From Azolla caroliniana (lineage: Eukaryota > Plantae > Polypodiophyta), in assembly GCA_043228905.1 (NCBI GenBank), contig JBHGNT010000493.1, positions 1-22,862 on the forward strand: a DNA stretch of 22,862 nucleotides, given 5' to 3'. This document shows, one piece after another, positions 21,542 through 22,862 of the stretch. A program made the position numbers and the translations under genes. The stretch's first letter is position 1. Each line of letters opens with the position of its first letter. The notes beneath the pieces were generated by a model. The model worked only from the letters and a program-made list of their open reading frames with translations, had not been told where the DNA came from and searched no databases.

Positions 21542-22862
21542 CAGATCGTTCTAAATGGTCTTCCTGATTCATATCAAAGTTTTGCTTCTACTCTTCATTT
21601 AATGATGAAAGGTAATCCCAATGCCTTATCATTCAAGGAGTTAGTTTCTGTTTTGTTACAGGAAGATCAATCTAGACAAAACAGGTCTATTACACATGTT
21701 GCAGATCAAGCTTTCCTAGCTAGTCAGAAGGGCAAAGGTAAATGGAACTCTTCTGTTAGCAAGCAAAGTTTTGCTAATACTTCACAAGTGAATGAAAAAA
21801 AACAAGAGCAAAAACAGAAACTATTTTGCAAATACTGTAAAGGAACTTATCAAATTATAAAGAACTGTCCAAAATTGGTTGCAAAAGAGGCAAAGAAAAA
21901 AGAGGCAAGACTGGTTGCTGCAGAAGTGTCTACACCGAAAACGGAATCTGCAAATCTTGTGCAAAATGAAGAATGGGCATTTACTACTATTTGCAGTTTT
22001 GACCCATCTTCACTTGAACAATGTATGCCTACTATAGAATCAGATGTTTGGTACTTCGACAATTGCGCAACCAAACATATTACCTCCCAACGCAATTTCT
22101 TCTCTTCATTGGAGCCTGCCCCTATAGGGAATACTGTCACATGCGCCAACAACTCATCTTATCCAATTATGGGTGTTGGTAAGATCATTTTGACTACTGC
22201 AAATGGCATTTTGTTTGTGCCAGGGATCAAGAAAAATCTGTTGTCAGTTTCAGCATTAGCCAAGATTGGCTTGGTTGTTAAATTTGTTGATGACAGGTGT
22301 ACAATTCATGATCTGTCCAATGGCGATGTTACTATTGCTTCTAGTGTTTTTTGTCGTGGATTGTATATGCTCATAGATTATGAAAGATCGATAAATGATT
22401 CAGCATGTGCAATACAAGATTCTCAAGCTATTTTAGACGCAAAGATGTGGCATGCACGCTTCGGTCATCTGAATTTTGCAAGTTTGCTTTGCCTGCAAAA
22501 ATCTGAAATGGTGTCCTCCTTGCCCAAACTTGAGGCACCTCGGAAGCATGTTTGTGAAGTTTGTATTTTGGGCTAAATTTAGCGTTCATCCTTTCCAAAA
22601 GATGGTTCAGTTAGAGCTACACAAAAATTGCAGATTGCTTATAGTGATGTCTATGGTCCTATGCATGTTTGTGAAGGTTGTATTTTGGGCTAAATGCAAC
22701 ATTCATCCTTTCCAAAAGATGGTTCAGTTAGAGCTACACAGAAATTGCAGATTGCTCATAGTGATGTCTATGGTCCTATGCAGACACAATTCTCTTGGGA
22801 ACTATCTTTACTTTGTGACTTTCATTAATAACTTTTCTAGACATGCATGGGTATATCCATTG
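21542..22862 (+). pseudogene. Copia gag-pol pseudogene (gag C-term, zinc knuckle, protease, start of integrase)
   Basis: QIVLNGLPDSYQSF, CKYCKGTYQIIKNC (His lost), WYFDNCATKH (DSG altered), WHARFGHLN..CEVCILG* with premature TAA at 22574-22576, then LQIAHSDVYGPMQT. Confidence 0.9.
22546..22782. repeat. Tandem duplication, 117 bp x2, inside copia integrase
   Basis: gcatgtttgtgaag...ggtcctat at 22546-22662 and 22663-22779, about 7 mismatches, gca microhomology at the junctions. Confidence 0.95.

Larger units (their letters stand above)
21439..22862 (+). mobile_element. Ty1/copia LTR retrotransposon, internally deleted and dead, running off the window
   Basis: Begins TGTTGGGG (LTR-like start) where the minus-strand gag is interrupted; about 100 bp later gag-pol homology starts; domain order gag - protease - GAG-pre-integrase - integrase is that of copia. 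Confidence 0.88.

Noticed and set aside
21850-22152. 100-aa minus-strand ORF
   Set aside because: Antisense shadow of copia gag-pol
19396-22862. Search for the first coding exon of the P-loop gene (expected to end near YDFVK)
   Set aside because: Not found by eye; presumed outside the window beyond the copia elements

Overview
Eukaryotic plant genomic DNA (seed-free plant such as a fern is my guess, from intron style and TE content; not provable here). The window is spanned by a minus-strand, intron-rich gene for a 2-phosphoglycerate-kinase-like P-loop NTPase (Arabidopsis At5g61450 / LPA1-related family). I traced 13-14 coding exons from 19395 down to the stop at 3121, all with GT-AG boundaries and consistent phases; the first exon lies beyond the window. 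A 10.4-kb intron (4097-14501) is almost entirely a head-to-tail array of five non-LTR retrotransposon units (APE endonuclease + RT + C-terminal CCHC, (TTTC)n tails, RTEX-like by inference), all sense to the gene. A second mini-array of two short 3' copies lies at 19971-20636. At five junctions the 5' end of one element abuts the 3' end/tail of the next, suggesting the family uses its own (GAAA)n/(GA)n tails as a landing pad. The LINE ORF2 has a conserved C-terminal extension with a canonical PCNA-binding PIP box (QRTITTFF). The right end holds two dead Ty1/copia fragments in opposite orientation.
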